A DNA stretch of 64,000 nt from Felis catus. Lineage: Eukaryota. The notes below the pieces were generated by a model. That model did no database searches. It was not told where the DNA came from and saw nothing but the letters and a program-made list of their open reading frames with translations. This document shows, one piece after another, positions 1 to 12,925 of this stretch. How positions within the stretch are numbered: position 1 is the stretch's first letter; each line of letters starts with the position of its first letter. The stretch is from assembly GCF_018350175.1 (NCBI RefSeq), contig NC_058368.1:151840001-151904000 (forward strand). Direction: 5' to 3'. The translations under genes and the position numbers were made by a program.

Positions 1-314
1 TTTTTATTCTGAAATTATCCAAGTCAAATAGACAAAATGAACGAACAAACAAGAAAAACGGTTTCAAAACAGGAGTTTCCTAAAGCTTTAGGATGCATAA
101 AAATCTAAGCTCTACACTGCATTTACTTTTCTTATTTCAGAATAATTTTTGAGGGTGAAATCTCCAGAAATGTTCATGGGGAAAGCGGATAAATAGAGTT
201 AATATGTGTTCAACAAGTGGGAGAGAGGGATGGGCAAAGGTTCATGCAGATGCCCTAATGCTACCATAGCAGCAGCCTTTCCTACAACAACAGGGGGTAG
301 GACAGGCTGCTTAC

Positions 315-674
315 CCTTTTCTCCCATGATGGATGCATCCTGTAAACACCTTGCATTCCTACGAGAATTCTTGGTATTCATGACATTGTTAATAATAATA
401 ATAGATTTAAGAAACCGATGAGTCCCCTGCTTCTTCCACATGAGAACAAAGCAGTCCTAATTATCTAGCACTAGGAAGTCGGTGCCAGGGTGGATTTATT
501 TCCTTTCCAAACTAGCATATAGCATCACAATTGATTTTCTTTTTCCAATTCTAATTTTCCAGACCTATTAAAATGACTCTAAACCAAACTGCTTTGAAAG
601 AAATAATATTGGCTTTCTCCCATTATTCCTTTCTTTTCTCCCTTGTCTCCTTTCTACTAAATCAAATTAATCTG
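315..674 (-). other. Candidate exon of an unidentified minus-strand gene (5'-UTR or alternative first coding exon)
   Basis: Minus-strand donor AGG|GTAAGC (GT at 314-313). Upstream pyrimidine-rich NAGNAG acceptor cttatcttttctatttttaaag|cag| at about 672-697. ATG in good Kozak context (ATCATGG) 13 nt before the donor. Repeat-free context. Confidence 0.3.
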
Positions 675-1546
675 CTTTAAAAATAGAAAAGATAAGTGAT
701 TATATAATCTTGTAAGGGAGGCAGGAAGCTGTGGGACATAAGGCACAAATGAAATGCTCGCACATCGGGCATATTTAGACAATACGCATGTCAATCCCGG
801 TCTTTTGTGGCCCAGTACTGTGGGGATGCAGCAAATGCAAGTGGGGAGACTCCCCCATCTAAAGCCCTCAGTGATATAAAGTGCCTTCAGAGGGAGAAGA
901 AACGCTTCCTCAAGCCCAGAGAAAATATTCAGATGCCACTCTGAGCTCATGTAGTTCAGAATTACAGCCTGGAGGCACTAATAGCCCCTGTGACTTAATT
1001 CTGACACAGGAGAGAAAAAGGGACTTTTTATCAGCCCAGCTGGCACTGTCATTGTGGCTTTAAAAATCTTATTTGAGTCTTGCTTTTAATTTATATGGGA
1101 AAAAAATACACAATTCAAGGAGAAAGCAATCTCATCATTTCAGGTGAACAGTGAAGCTTTACTGTAACTGACGCAGGGGCCCTTAGGCCCCTACTCCATT
1201 CTTGAAAACTCAAGCTTCAGGTGTACCCTTCCTGAAAAGATCAGACTTTGTCCAGAGAAAAGTCACTTGAGGGGAAGGATGATATTTTGGGTGAACAGAG
1301 TTATTTTCAGAAGCTACCAGCATTTGCCTTTGTAAACTATTAAGAGATAGAAGGAAGAGAAATTTTTAAAATGCATATACATATATACATGTTTTAAAAT
1401 CTAATTTGGGGTCACAGCTGTAATCACAAAAGCTTCAGATTGTGTGTCATGCTGGAATAATGTTGTGTTAGTGAATGTAAAGCATTCAGCATTACTTTAC
1501 GCCTCATTGCATCCTAAGTGCGATGCTATTTCAATACAACACCTAC

Positions 1547-1714
1547 CACTTTTAGGTCTTTATGCTTAAGTATGTCTTGCTGGATGAAATCAAGCTACAA
1601 ATTGCATGAAATTGGGTCCTCCTGGTGGATTCTACTGCTATCGGCTCCCAAACCCAATTGTTTTCTAAGTCCAATTCCATGAATTCAGATTTCAAATTAT
1701 CATGATTTCTTGCA
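1547..1714 (-). other. Candidate non-coding or poison exon (168 nt)
   Basis: Acceptor gatcttttgtatttatttttcag|TGC and donor GTG|GTAGGT. The ORF-track frame (1552-1842) stops just before the donor. Confidence 0.3.
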
Positions 1715-3412
1715 CTGAAAAATAAATACAAAAGATCAACTTGCTGCAGAGATGAAAAGCAGGGTTTTTTTGGCCACAAAAATAAAGTGAACTTTTGTTC
1801 ACACAGGCTCGGAAACGGAGCAAGAAGTACTAGAGAAAACACAATTCACAGAAATGTGAGACATAACGTATCCATCGCTTAGGCAAAAAAGGTGCCTCGT
1901 TCAAATGATTCCATCCAAAATACTTCACAGAAAAACTGCTCTGTGTTCAGTTTCCTTTGATCCTTGTGATAGCTCAAGTCATTTCACTTCCAGCCACATT
2001 TGTGGTTGCAACACATTTGCCTGTTTTTAAAGACAAATATTCAGATAACAGTGTACTTCCACCTGGCAGTTAAAGATGCATTTGAAAAGATGACTGTGTC
2101 CTTTAAGTCTGACCAATCCACCTTCAGAGGATTTATGTTTCACTAAATCATGCAAAGCATGGTGAGATGGGGTACGGATTTTTAGTGTAGCAAAGAGAAT
2201 TAGAATTGAACCTAATTGGAAATGAGTCTCAGTTTCAAACGGCAATTATTACTGCTGATTTTGAAGATGCTTAAATTAATTCCCCCGAATCCTTTTCACT
2301 GTAGAAACAAAAGGGTCTTCAAAAAAGTAGTATATTTTGGCTAGAAATACTTTTGGAGGATAATTCCAATAAAAAATTGCTAAAAACAGTCACAAGTTTT
2401 TATTCTACACACACATTTCAATTATGCTAAGCGATAGCTATATTTTTAAAGAAAAAAAAAAGAGCTAACTAAAGAAAAATATTGTACTATCCAAGGGGGG
2501 GTATTTTAATAACTTATACAAACTATGCTGGATTCTAGATATCAAAAATAATTCAACTTGCCAATAGCTACCTTAAGGGAAAATATAGACTGAAATATGA
2601 CATTATAACTGGATGCATTTGTTTTGTTTTCAATGGAAGACAAAGTATATTGATAATGTAGTGGGAAAAAGCATTCTGGTGAATGACAGGAGCATCATGT
2701 AGACATTATCCTGTCTCAGGTCAGGCATTAGGATTCTCTGACATAGGCCTCAGCCCTTCTAGGAGAACATAATAATTCAGACCACGCAATTTTGGGAAAA
2801 CCAGACTGAATTAAACTAGAGGAAGAAGCAGTGTCATCACCACCAGATAAAGACAACGTATAAGTAATAATACCACCTATTGTTTTGAAGCAGTGAAGAA
2901 GTAAAATGGGAAGGAAAGCCACAGGCAGTAGTATTTCAGAGGGCGGTAAGCAGGCACTGACAAAACACAGTTCTCCCCTACCCCCACGCCAAAAAGCAAT
3001 CCCAGTTATGTTGGGGATTATGGGGGTAGTTTATGATTCTTCCTTGTATGCACTTCTAATTTCTGTTCATAGACTATGCCTAGCTGTCTAGCTATTCTCC
3101 TTGATTTTTGGTCAGTAATGCAGGGGCTAGTCCCACGCCTATCTTCCCTTATACTTACCTACCTCAGTCACTGCTGCCAAGCCCTTTACCTAGAATCCTC
3201 CACAACTAAATGAAGTAATAGGTCTTGATGACTTTACCTACTGATTTAATTTACTTATCCAGATGACTAGCATGGTCTGTTGACTCCCTATGCCCAAGTC
3301 TCAAATCCCCTAAAAAATAACTTGGGAAAATTATAGATGTGAGAGGGAATCACAATTGGGGGGGTGGGCAGAGGAGAGAAACATATGTATTTCTGTGGAC
3401 AGTTTGTACATA

Positions 3413-3812
3413 CAGTCAATCCTCATTATTCGCTCGTGGATTCCGTATTTGCAAATTTCCCTACTTGCTGAAATGTATTTGTAATCTCCCACATCAATAC
3501 TTGCAGCATGCACACAATAATTTGTGCTTATGGGTAAAGGAGTGAAATATATGAGTCTCATGATGGGCTGAGTCCAATAAGGTGATATTCTGCCTTCCTG
3601 TTTCAGCTCTCATACTGCAAACAAGTGTCCATTGTGTAATCTTTTTAGTGCCACTGTTTCCGTATTTTTGTGCTTTTGTTGGTGATTTAACTGTTTTAAT
3701 ATGGCCACTGCATTTAGTGTTAAAGTACTTGCGGTCTAGCATTCCTAAGGGCAGGCAGGCTATGATCTGCCTTACAGAGATTGGCTATTTTCAGGCATGA
3801 TACAGTGCTATC
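3413..3812 (+). mobile_element. TcMar-Tigger non-autonomous DNA transposon (MER82-like), 3' truncated
   Basis: TA followed by CAGTCAATCCTCATTATTCGC..GGATTCCGTATTTGCAAATT terminus; internal TCTGCCTTCCTGTTTCAGCTCTCATACTGCAAACAAGTGTCC matches recalled consensus. Confidence 0.75.
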
Positions 3813-3829
3813 TATAATTAAATAATAAA

Positions 3830-5400
3830 AACAGGGGATGCCAAAATTTGTGAAATGCAACCAAAAGATAAAAAAGAAGATGGATTCAAAAGTAATAGCT
3901 TCAAATATGTACAAACAGAAATTAGGCTGAAACTAGTATTCCATAATTTGAAGAAAACTTTAAACCAGTGACACAGACATGCTCTGAATAAATGGAAAGG
4001 AATTGTACTTTTTGACCAGGACAACATAATTTTATAAAATGTCAATTCTAATTAATATATAAATTCGGTGCAATCCCATTTTTAGCTAGATGTTTTGATA
4101 AATACACTTAAATATACACAGAAAATAAATACAACCAATCTCTCTCAGATAAACATAAAAAAAAAAAAATAAATAAAGAAGGGGCGCTTTTCTAACCAGA
4201 TACGGCATTAGTGTAAGAACAGATAAATGGATTAGGAGAGAGTACTCAGAGTTAAATGTGTAACTGGGAATTTAATATATGATTTAACCCAAAATGGAAA
4301 GGGTGATTTGTTCCTACATGGTGTGGGGGATAGTGGTTCATTTTGTGGAGTACAATAAAACTGGCCCACAACATTGCATACCAAGTTGAACTCTAAATCA
4401 ATTAAAAACCTATCAATTTGATGGGAAAAATATAGAAAAATATCAATGGGAATGAGATGGATAAAGAGGTACACCTTAAACACAGTATTAAAAATATAAA
4501 TCCCAAGCCAAATTAATTATGAATGGATAAAAATAAAAAATATATGATAGATTGAGGAAAGATATCTGCAATGTTTAAAAACAGTAAATATTTAATTTTT
4601 AAAAAGAATTCCCTTAAGCCAGGGGCACCTGGGTGACACAGTTGGTTGAGCATCTGAATTTGGCTCAGGTCCTAATCTCATGGTTTGGGAGTTCAAGCCC
4701 TGCATCAGGATCACTGCTGTAAGCACGGAGCTCACTTTGGATCCTCTGTCGCCCTCTCTCTGCCCCTCTCCTGTGTACGCACTCTCTCTCTCAAAATAAA
4801 TACAACATTAAAAAAAGACTCTTAAAAATGTTTCCTTAAGCCAACAAGAAAAAGATGGAACTTCAGTGAAAAAATACAAAGGAAAAGAATGAGCAGTCTA
4901 TAGAAGAGGAAATTAAAAGTAAAACCACAAAGGAAAATCCTCAAAGTCATTAGCAACTAGAAAATGAAAATTAAAACAAATATAATTCAACAAGTCATCT
5001 CTTTCCAACTGGTAAAAACTAGAAACCTAGAAAACACCAAATGTAGGTGAGCATTCGGAAGAGCAATCTGACTTTATTTAGTCAAATTCAGTATATTCAC
5101 ACACCCTGGTACAGAAATTTCCAAATTCATATACAGGGTTGAGGAAGTTCATCACACTATTATTTGCTATGTCAGGGCTTTAGAGACAGTCAGCATATTC
5201 ATCACTGAGAAGACAGACAGTTTAATGTGGATGAATGCACACTCTAAAGTCCTTTGTAGCAGTTAGGAGCAACAGACTATACACCTACCTGCACAGATAT
5301 TTTAAAAAACAGTACTAAGAAAAAAAACATACACAATATCATACCCCTACATTAAAAATGCATGTAAGACAAAACAATACACACTTGAAAAGACCAATGG
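3830..5400 (+). mobile_element. Ancient, highly degraded L1 (L1M/L1ME-like) ORF2 and 3' fragments
   Basis: AAAATGTCAATTCT..ATAAATTCGGTGCAATCCC and TCATTAGCAACTAGAAAATGAAAATTAAAAC resemble L1 ORF2 motifs; A-rich + strand; interrupted by a SINE. Confidence 0.6.
4622..4828 (+). mobile_element. Can-SINE
   Basis: GGGGCACCTGGGTG head, CT tract, AATAAA/A tail; imperfect TSD around TTCC(C)TTAAGCCA on both sides. Confidence 0.95.
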
Positions 5401-7158
5401 TGACAAGGTCCTATGACCTGGAGAATATAATTCATGTGATACTCTGCAACTGATTTAAACATAGTTAAGTAATTTAAAAAATATATCAGAAACAATAATA
5501 TCATGACAGACCTCGATCCCCTTAAGATATGACATTTTAGTGAGCCAGACAGTTCTTGATAAAAGAACGTGTGGTCAGATAAAATCCCTCATTATGTTTA
5601 TCACAGATCAGACTCTAACGGAAGTATTTAGTTTTGAGGCTCTCACTTTACTCAGAACCTTGATGAATGGAAAGCACATCTTGTTGAAAGAGCTTGGTGG
5701 CTGAGAGGACTGCAAATTACCTAATATGAAGGACAGGGAGGTAAAGTAGAACCATTTCACCTCAAAGCACAGAGCATACATATATCTCTCTTCATTGAAT
5801 TTATGAGCTCTCACGTAGAAGAGAGACAAGACATTGCAATAGCACTTGAGGTCAGGGTGGTAAAAGCAACTGGTGTTCCCCACAAATAAGTGGATACAGG
5901 GTAAGAACAAAAAGGAAATTTTTATCAGTGAAAGAAATCCAAAATGGGTATCATTACAGAATGAGTTCCTTGCCTGGCATTTTTCAAGCAAAAGTAGACA
6001 TCATGTGTCAGGAATGCAGAGACGGTCCTGCCTTTGAAGGGAATGCAAAGGAGCCTGTAATGTCCCTTCTACCTTTTAAAATTTTGTAAATCTGAAGACC
6101 TTAAAAGTCTCAGTGAAAAGAAAAAATTAAATTTTAAGCAGTTTGTTTTCTTTTGCTCAATTTTGGATCAAGCAATGACTCGTGGCTAAAAAAGCTATTG
6201 AATTTTTTAAAAACTGAGAATAGATGGAAGGTTTTCTTTCTCTCTGGACTATTTGTAATGATGGTGTGTCATCCTTTTTCAACATTCCCAGTGAAGTAAG
6301 GAGACACTTTGATGGTTCCAAGTATTTACTCATACAGCAATTTATTCTCATACCTATGATTAGAAGATTTTCACAGCCATGATCATGTACCACAGACATC
6401 TGCTTTGCCCCACTGGGTTGGGAAGAACAACCCTAGGTTGTGAAATATTTACAGATGGAAACTCCCCATATCATCCTATGATTCTGGTTTCCATAAAGTT
6501 AGCCTTGAACATTACAGGATGAGTTCCCTCAGAAACTTTATCATTGCTTGCCTCAATGGCATTTGAACTATCCCAGTGGTAATATACCAGCACACTGTGC
6601 CTGAAAGACAGGTTTAGTTCATTTTCTCCCTTCTTTCTAAGTCTTACTCCTATTTTCTTTTTCCTTCCCTCAACCAAATTCAAACTGCCTTACAGTAGAT
6701 AAATCACTGTTGGAAATAATAATAATAGGACTGAAATGGCAAAGTGTAAAACTTGATTTTTGAAAGAAAAAATAATGGTGAACTTTATGTCTCAATCCTG
6801 GACACTCCCTAGAAAGTATGCTAAACAAGTCTTACTTAACATTAATGTGATTCTCTAGTGAAAATATAACTCAAGACTGGAAACCTTCTTTCTTCATTTA
6901 CTGGTCATTCAAAAACAGTGGATTACACTTAGTTCTTTTTCACTGCAGGTATAACATTCTTTATTATATAATGGCACTTCCCATTTTCCAAACTTAATGA
7001 AAGGATCAGAAACCTATCTGCTAAGGATTATGAGAAGAAGAAGAAAATAATGATATCACTAAAACCAGATTCATAATATTATATGCCTAAGCTATGTGTA
7101 TACTTTGGTGAACTCAGAGTTGTTCCAGCAGGTAACCGGCAGAAACTCTGCCGATGAT

Positions 7159-7365
7159 CAGGGGTCAGCAAACAGTACATCTCAGGCCAAATCCAACCTA
7201 TCACCTGTTTCAGTAAGTATTATTGGAACATAACCATGCCCATTGGTTTATATACCACCTAATGTTTTTGCACTACAAGTTATTAAGTAGTTATACCTGT
7301 GACAATATGTCCTGTAAAGTGTAACCTATTTAATATATCACTGGAGAAAAACATTGTTGTCCTGT
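7159..7365 (+). mobile_element. hAT-Charlie MITE (MER58A-like)
   Basis: CAGGGGTCAGCAAAC..GGCCAAATCC..TATTGGAACATAACCATGCCCATT. Confidence 0.75.
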
Positions 7366-7529
7366 GGGCTGTAGATCCTCTGAAGTTCTGTGAAGCAGAC
7401 TTTGAGATTCTGAGTTAAACCTCAGATAATAAGCTTGAGTAAATACAGGTGCCACTAAGCTTGATGGAGAATAAAGACACCATTGCAGGAGGGGGAGCTC
7501 ATCTAAAGGAAAAGTATTAATTAGGATTT

Positions 7530-7740
7530 TATTAACTAATTCCTTCAAGACACACGTTTCAAGGCCTACTATGTGTTACTCACCTTGCCAGGCCCTGGGG
7601 ACATAAATGAGAAACAAGAGATAATTCCTATCCTCCTAGATCCTAGTATAGAATTCCCACACTAAATCAACTTTGAAATGCATATGAAACCGCTAACTGT
7701 AATGAGTGCTATTACTTACCACAGGGTGTTGGGAAAAATA
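7530..7740 (-). mobile_element. L2 3' fragment
   Basis: CCTACTATGTGT..CCAGGCCCTGGGGACATA is the reverse complement of an L2 3' end. Confidence 0.5.
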
Positions 7741-7759
7741 AAAGCTAGCAGGTTTAAGG

Positions 7760-8230
7760 TGGACATCTGCTTTATTTTTCCTGAATTCATTTCTCCCTCC
7801 TGGTCATGGTGATCCCGTTTCTTTAGGGCATTATGTCTCCCCAATCTAAAGTGGGATTTCTAGAGAGGCTTCCAAGACCACCCTTCTCCTACCCACAGAG
7901 TTGGAAACGTGACACCAGTCTAGTTAAATGGAGTAGCCCATGTTCCCAGATACAGTGATTGGTACGGAATAGTTTCATGATTCAAGCCTAACCAATCACA
8001 ACCCTTCCTTAGTATTTATTCATAGCAGAGGAGGGAAGTTATCTTTCTTTCTTCTTTCCTATTCGGTCATAATGCAGTAAAGATATCAGCCCAAAGTTGT
8101 CAGAAGTCTTATTCTCTTTCATGTGAACTTGTAGAGAGACGTGGATAGAATATATATATTATTAGAGAGACAGAGACGGAGAGAGACAGAGGGTAAACTT
8201 ACAGCTTTTGAGATCCTGCATTCAATTGTC
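7760..8230. mobile_element. Old ERVL-type solo LTR (LTR16-like)
   Basis: CAGTGATTGGT..CATGATTCAAGCCTAACCAATCA motif typical of the LTR16 family. Confidence 0.5.
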
Positions 8231-8481
8231 CTTGGAGGCAAAGATAAACCACAAATAATCAGAAAAATGGGTTTCCCATGCAAGAGCTCAGGATAAGCTT
8301 GCCCAGATACTCATTAAAAGAGAGCAGTTGTTCTAAGATTGGTGATATTTTGAAAGCAGAAAAAGGACAAAGAGCTGCTGAGGGTATTTGCCAAGAGTAA
8401 GTGAAAACAAGTACAGTGTATGTGTGCTTGTGTGTCGGGCGATAGATATCAGCGGATAGGTATATAAGAAAAGGAGAAGCA

Positions 8482-8704
8482 GGGGGTGCCTGGGTGGCTC
8501 AGTTGGCTGAGCATCTGACTTCGGCTCAGGTCATGATCTTGCGGTTCGTGAGTTTGAGCCCCGCATCAGGCTCTGTGCTGACAGCTCAGAGCCTGGAGCC
8601 TGCTTTGGATTTTGTGTCTCCCTCCCTCTCTGCCCCTCCCCTGCTCACACTCTCTCTGTATGTCTATCTCTCAAAAACAAACATTAAAAAAATTAAAAAA
8701 AAAA
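8482..8704 (+). mobile_element. Can-SINE (SINEC_Fc2-like)
   Basis: Full head GGGGGTGCCTGGGTGGCTCAG, body GCTGACAGCTCAGAGCCTGGAGCCTGC, A tail; TSD AAAAGGAGAAG. Confidence 0.97.
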
Positions 8705-8899
8705 AGGAGAAGGGAAGTGAAATGTAATAAAAATTCAAGTAGTAGTTAAGTGGAACTGCCTTTTGACAAGACAATGTCAGGTATCACTTAGAAATTAAAG
8801 ATCATATGCCTACAAGTGAGTACTTCTATTACTGGGCACCCTTGGATCCTAGGACCCCTCACTGCTTTGTTTCCCTTATACTTTTTCAACAGTTTTCCA

Positions 8900-9660
8900 G
8901 TCTTCTTTGTAAACTAAGTCTCTTGTATGCAGCCACTTAATGTCGGAATTCCTCAGACTGGGTCCCAAGTGCCCATGCTCCCATTCAGTAAATTTTCCCC
9001 TATCTACAATGTTAATTAATCAGTTTATTGAGATCTCCAAAACTCAGACCTTTATTTTAGAACACTTTCCCAAATTCCAGGCACATCCCTCCATTACCGT
9101 ACCAACATTTTCTCTTGTAAGTCTTGAATGAACTTCAAACTCATCAGATAAATCAAGGACTTATTCAATAAATGAATGCCTCATCTAAAATTTTAGTTCT
9201 TCCTAACCCAGTAAATGGCACCAACATGGTTCACGCCACAAATCTAGAAATCATTTTTTTTAAAATGCTTTCTCCTACATTCCCAACATTCAATCTACTA
9301 CAAATCCTGTCAACTTAAAACAGCGGTTCTTGAAGTGTAATCCCAGTAGCATAAACATCACCTGGAAACTTGTTAGAAATGTAAATTTTCACAGTCCACT
9401 CTAGATCTTATACATCAGAAAGTGGCTCTAAGGCCCAGCAATAATTAAGTCATGCTGAAGTTTGAGAATTCCTGATTTACCTTTTCAAACAACTCTGGAA
9501 TTGTTTAACTTTTCTCAATCTCACTGCCCTCTACCTAGACAAAATATCACTAACCCTAGTCAGGACTTCACAGTAGACTCCTAACTGATGTCCATAAATG
9601 TATATACTAGCTTCACTGCATTTCATTTTTCACAGAGAAAACTATCCATACTTCCTCCAT
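8900..9660 (+). mobile_element. L2 fragment interrupted by MER5A
   Basis: CAGTAAATGGCACCAAC..AATCTAGAAATCAT..CAAATCCTGTC L2 motifs. Confidence 0.6.
9321..9474 (+). mobile_element. hAT-Charlie MITE (MER5A-like)
   Basis: CAGCGGTTCTTGAAGTGT..CATCACCTGGAAACTTGTTAGAAATG..AAGTTTGAGAATTCCTG with imperfect terminal inverted repeats. Confidence 0.8.
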
Positions 9661-9884
9661 TTTAATTGATTACATGATTCATCCTCTCTCATCTGGCATA
9701 TATGAAGATTTTGTCCCCTATTCAGAAATTCTGTCCCCTATTCTTGAAGATAACCTAAAGCTCTCCAGTGTTTGGAATCCTCTCCAAACACTGACACAAG
9801 TTTCTCAGAAGGATTCTCTGGCTTGTGGCCAGAGGAATTTAGAGTCCTGCTTCAGCTACTCCTGGTTAGGTTAGAAGGTGGCAC

Positions 9885-10500
9885 AAATTCATTCATTCAT
9901 TCACTTATTCATTCAGTCTTCATCCAATTCATTCATTCATTAAATATCTATTTAGCATCTACTACATGGCACACATGATGTTCAGTTCTTGGAGTTCAGA
10001 GACAATACAGATAAGAGACTTGCCTTTACTAAGTTCCTTGTCTGCTTGAAGATGGTAAACTGGTGCTAAGAGCTAAGTGGACAAATGTTCTGAGGTAAAC
10101 AAACCATCTGCAGTATAATTGTGTGTGTGTGTGGGGTGCATCTTTACTTAGAATAATGAGAAAGGGTCTCAGAAAGAAGGGACCAGCTCTGTGAACAGTA
10201 AAGAAAGAAAGATAGGAAAACAGGTGCAAATGTCCCAAGGCAGGTTAAAACCTGATGGTAATGAACCACTAAAAGGCCAGTGGAGCTGGTAAGAAGGAAA
10301 GCCAGGGGGGAGGGGGAATGGAAGAGAGATAAGATGACACTGGAGAGCATAGTAGGGCCAGATCACGAGGGCCACCTAAATCAGTGTAAGCAGTTTAGAT
10401 TTTATTCTAAAGGCAACAGCTCAATTACACTAGCTGTTCTTCAAGAGAACAGGCATGGAGAAAGCAAGAGGAGTAATGGATGGATCAAGTGAAATCCAAG
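9885..10500 (-). mobile_element. L2 3' region with (ATTC)n terminus
   Basis: ATTCATTCATTC..AAATATCTATTTAGCATCTACTAC; downstream TTTAGATTTTATTCTAAAGGCAA L2 motif. Confidence 0.7.
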
Positions 10501-11782
10501 GTCAGAACACCGAAAAAATTTTATTGGGTCAGCACATCAATTCAGGCATATTAAGAATCTGGAAGGCTTTTGTGGGCTAACCTGCTGAAGGTACCACACT
10601 ATCTAATTTCGTTTCTATAGTAGAATACATCCAAACATTGAAAAAAAAAAAAAAATTTAGAATCACAGTGAATTAAGTTGGGGACCATCCCAGTAATTCT
10701 AGGCATATTTACAATTATATTACATCATATCAATATTGTTACCTCTGAAGTTAAAAGTTAAACATCTCTTTAAGTGCTTTTTAAACCCGTGATCTTCTAT
10801 CATTCAAAGAATCAATTACTGATGGTTTTCAATTTCACTGTTGGCTCGGACATGCCAGCCACATATTGTTCTTATTTATATTTTATTCTAAGCTTTATTT
10901 AGCTCTTTCCTTGTTCTCTTTGTTTAAATGTGAATATGCTCAGCAGGCAGGTGGTTATATTTGTCAAGCCTCCCCCTGGTTTTCTAGAAATAAATAAATA
11001 GCTCTTATATGATGGAAAAATAAATTGTATAAATTAATTAACCCAATATTTTCCTCCTACAAATGTCCTTTCCCAGATTTTCTGCCTACTTGTTGGGTAC
11101 ATTTTTGCTTATTGGAAAGGGAACCAAAAGGCATAAAAGATATACACCCCTGGTGACTAGTGTCATTTACAGATCTCTAGGTCATTCTGTAGCACACAGT
11201 CCCGTTTTCCTGTACAGGCTGAAGGAACCAGATTAGAGACTAAATTCTCACATGGGCAAAGCTCTGGCTTCAACTCACTCCAAGTGACTGGCAAAGCCAT
11301 CAGAGAGTGCCACATTCCACAAACAAGCATGCTCAATAGCCATTCTCTAACTTGCTTGCAGCTATTTCAGCTGCAGCATTGTTTCCAACTCAGGAAATGT
11401 TTTCCAATGCAAGAGAAGAAAAAAAAAAGATATTTTTAACAACTCTGTACAGAGAAACCTTAAACTTTGTTCTGCTCCTGATGTCAAAGCAGATTGCCCA
11501 GCTAATGAGGGCCCTAAGTTCTCAGTTCAGAGCCCTAAGTTTCCCTGAAGACTGTGCCTTGACCTTGTTTACAATCAGCTCAGTCTATGAAGATATTCTA
11601 ATTATCGACTTAATTCTCTGCTAAATTTCCTCACTCAGACCTGAATGGTTGGTCTCTCTTTAAAATCATATGTAATCAGTACACCACAGAGGTTAAAATT
11701 TGGGTCTCTGTGGATTATGCACAAGGGTCTGAAGCCTGGCTTCTGTGTAACTTTAGGCAAGATACTTGGCCTCTCTGGGCTG

Positions 11783-11897
11783 CAGTGCCAGATAAAATAC
11801 AGCATGTCCAGTTAAGTGAATTTCAAATTAACAATAAATGTTTTTAGTATAAGTATATCCTATGCCACATTTGGCAAACCTCAATGTGGCAACCCTA
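11783..11897 (+). mobile_element. MER53-like hAT MITE, internally deleted
   Basis: TGCCAGATAAAATACAG..CCAGTTAA..GAATTTCA..TTTTTAGTATAAGTAT then TGGCAACCCT end; near-TSD CTCTGGGC/CTTTGGGC. Confidence 0.7.
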
Positions 11898-11917
11898 CTT
11901 TGGGCCTCAGTCTTCTT

Positions 11918-12148
11918 TTTTTTTTTTTTTTTTTAATTTTTTTTCCAACGTTTATTTATTTTTGGGACAGAGAGAGACAGAGCATGAACGGGGGAGGGGC
12001 AGAGAGAGAGGGAGACACAGAATAGGAAACAGGCTCCAGGCTCTGAGCCATCAGCCCAGAGCCCAACGCGGGGCTCGAACTCCCGGACCGCGAGATCGTG
12101 ACCTGGCTGAAGTCGGACGCTTAACCGACTGCGCCACCCAGGCGCCCC
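11918..12148 (-). mobile_element. Young feline Can-SINE (SINEC_Fc-type)
   Basis: CpG-rich, near-consensus GGGGCGCCTGGGTGGCGCAGTCGGTTAAGCGTCCGACTTCAGCCAGG (minus strand); long poly-A; perfect 16-bp TSD GGGCCTCAGTCTTCTT at 11902-11917 and 12149-12164. Confidence 0.98.
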
Positions 12149-12429
12149 GGGCCTCAGTCTTCTTAAGTATACAAGTAATACAAATAATGGAATTGTGAAG
12201 ATTACATAAATTAATCCAGTTAAAGCATTTGTTATAATGCCTGGCACATGGTAAGTTCTCACTAATTCTTGGCTGCTGTTGTTATCTTGTTCACTAAGAA
12301 GTAAAGGAAAGCAACACGTTAATGTCTAGATAGAATTTCCTGCATTCTGGGCAAAAGAAACCTATATATTGGGAGGAGACAAACTCATTCAACGCAGACT
12401 TTATTAGACGCAAACATGGGCCAAAGGCT

Positions 12430-12925
12430 ACATGTTCTCAGTTAGTGATTCAACCCATGTGCTCTAGCTGTTTTCACACCCACTTTCAGAGAAAGAAACT
12501 GGGACTCTCAGAAGTTACATAACTTGCTCTAACATACATGGGTAGTAGCTGGTAAAGCTGGACTTTGTTTCATGAGACTCCCAACACACAGGCTCTTTTC
12601 TCTACTATAACCGTTGGCCCAAAATAAAAGTGTGTTATTATTCAAAAAAAGACCCAAACCACCTTTGAATTTAAATTAAAAACTCAGACAAATTCCTATT
12701 AGTAAATATCAATATGAGAAAGATAATGAGAATTAAGTATGTAACTCTTTATAAAGGTACAACTCACCATCACATGATGTGTGACTTATCTTGCAATGAC
12801 CCCCATCAAAGTGGCAGTTTTAGTTACCCTATTTCCACAAATGAGGCAGTGAAATTCAGGAACCAGATGTCTCCCCCATCAACATGCAGCTGTAAGTGTT
12901 GAAGTCAGGACTAAAACCCAATCTA
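12430..12925 (-). mobile_element. MIR-family fragments (two)
   Basis: CCCACTTTCAGAGAAAGAAACTGGGACTC and CCTATTTCCACAAATGAGGCAGTGAAATTCAG MIR core motifs. Confidence 0.55.

Larger units (their letters stand above)
11680..12280 (+). mobile_element. MIR interrupted by MER53-like and SINEC_Fc insertions
   Basis: TGTGTAACTTTAGGCAAGATACTTGGCCTCTCTGGGC resumes as CCTCAGT..AAAGCATTT..ATGCCTGGCACATGGTAAG. Confidence 0.75.

Noticed and set aside
6471..6683. Minus-strand acceptor (ctgtctttcag) with a 70-aa ORF
   Set aside because: No convincing donor and no recognisable protein similarity.
11816..12262. Overlapping 69-109 aa ORFs and local CpG enrichment
   Set aside because: Due to a young SINE; neither a gene nor a CpG-island promoter.
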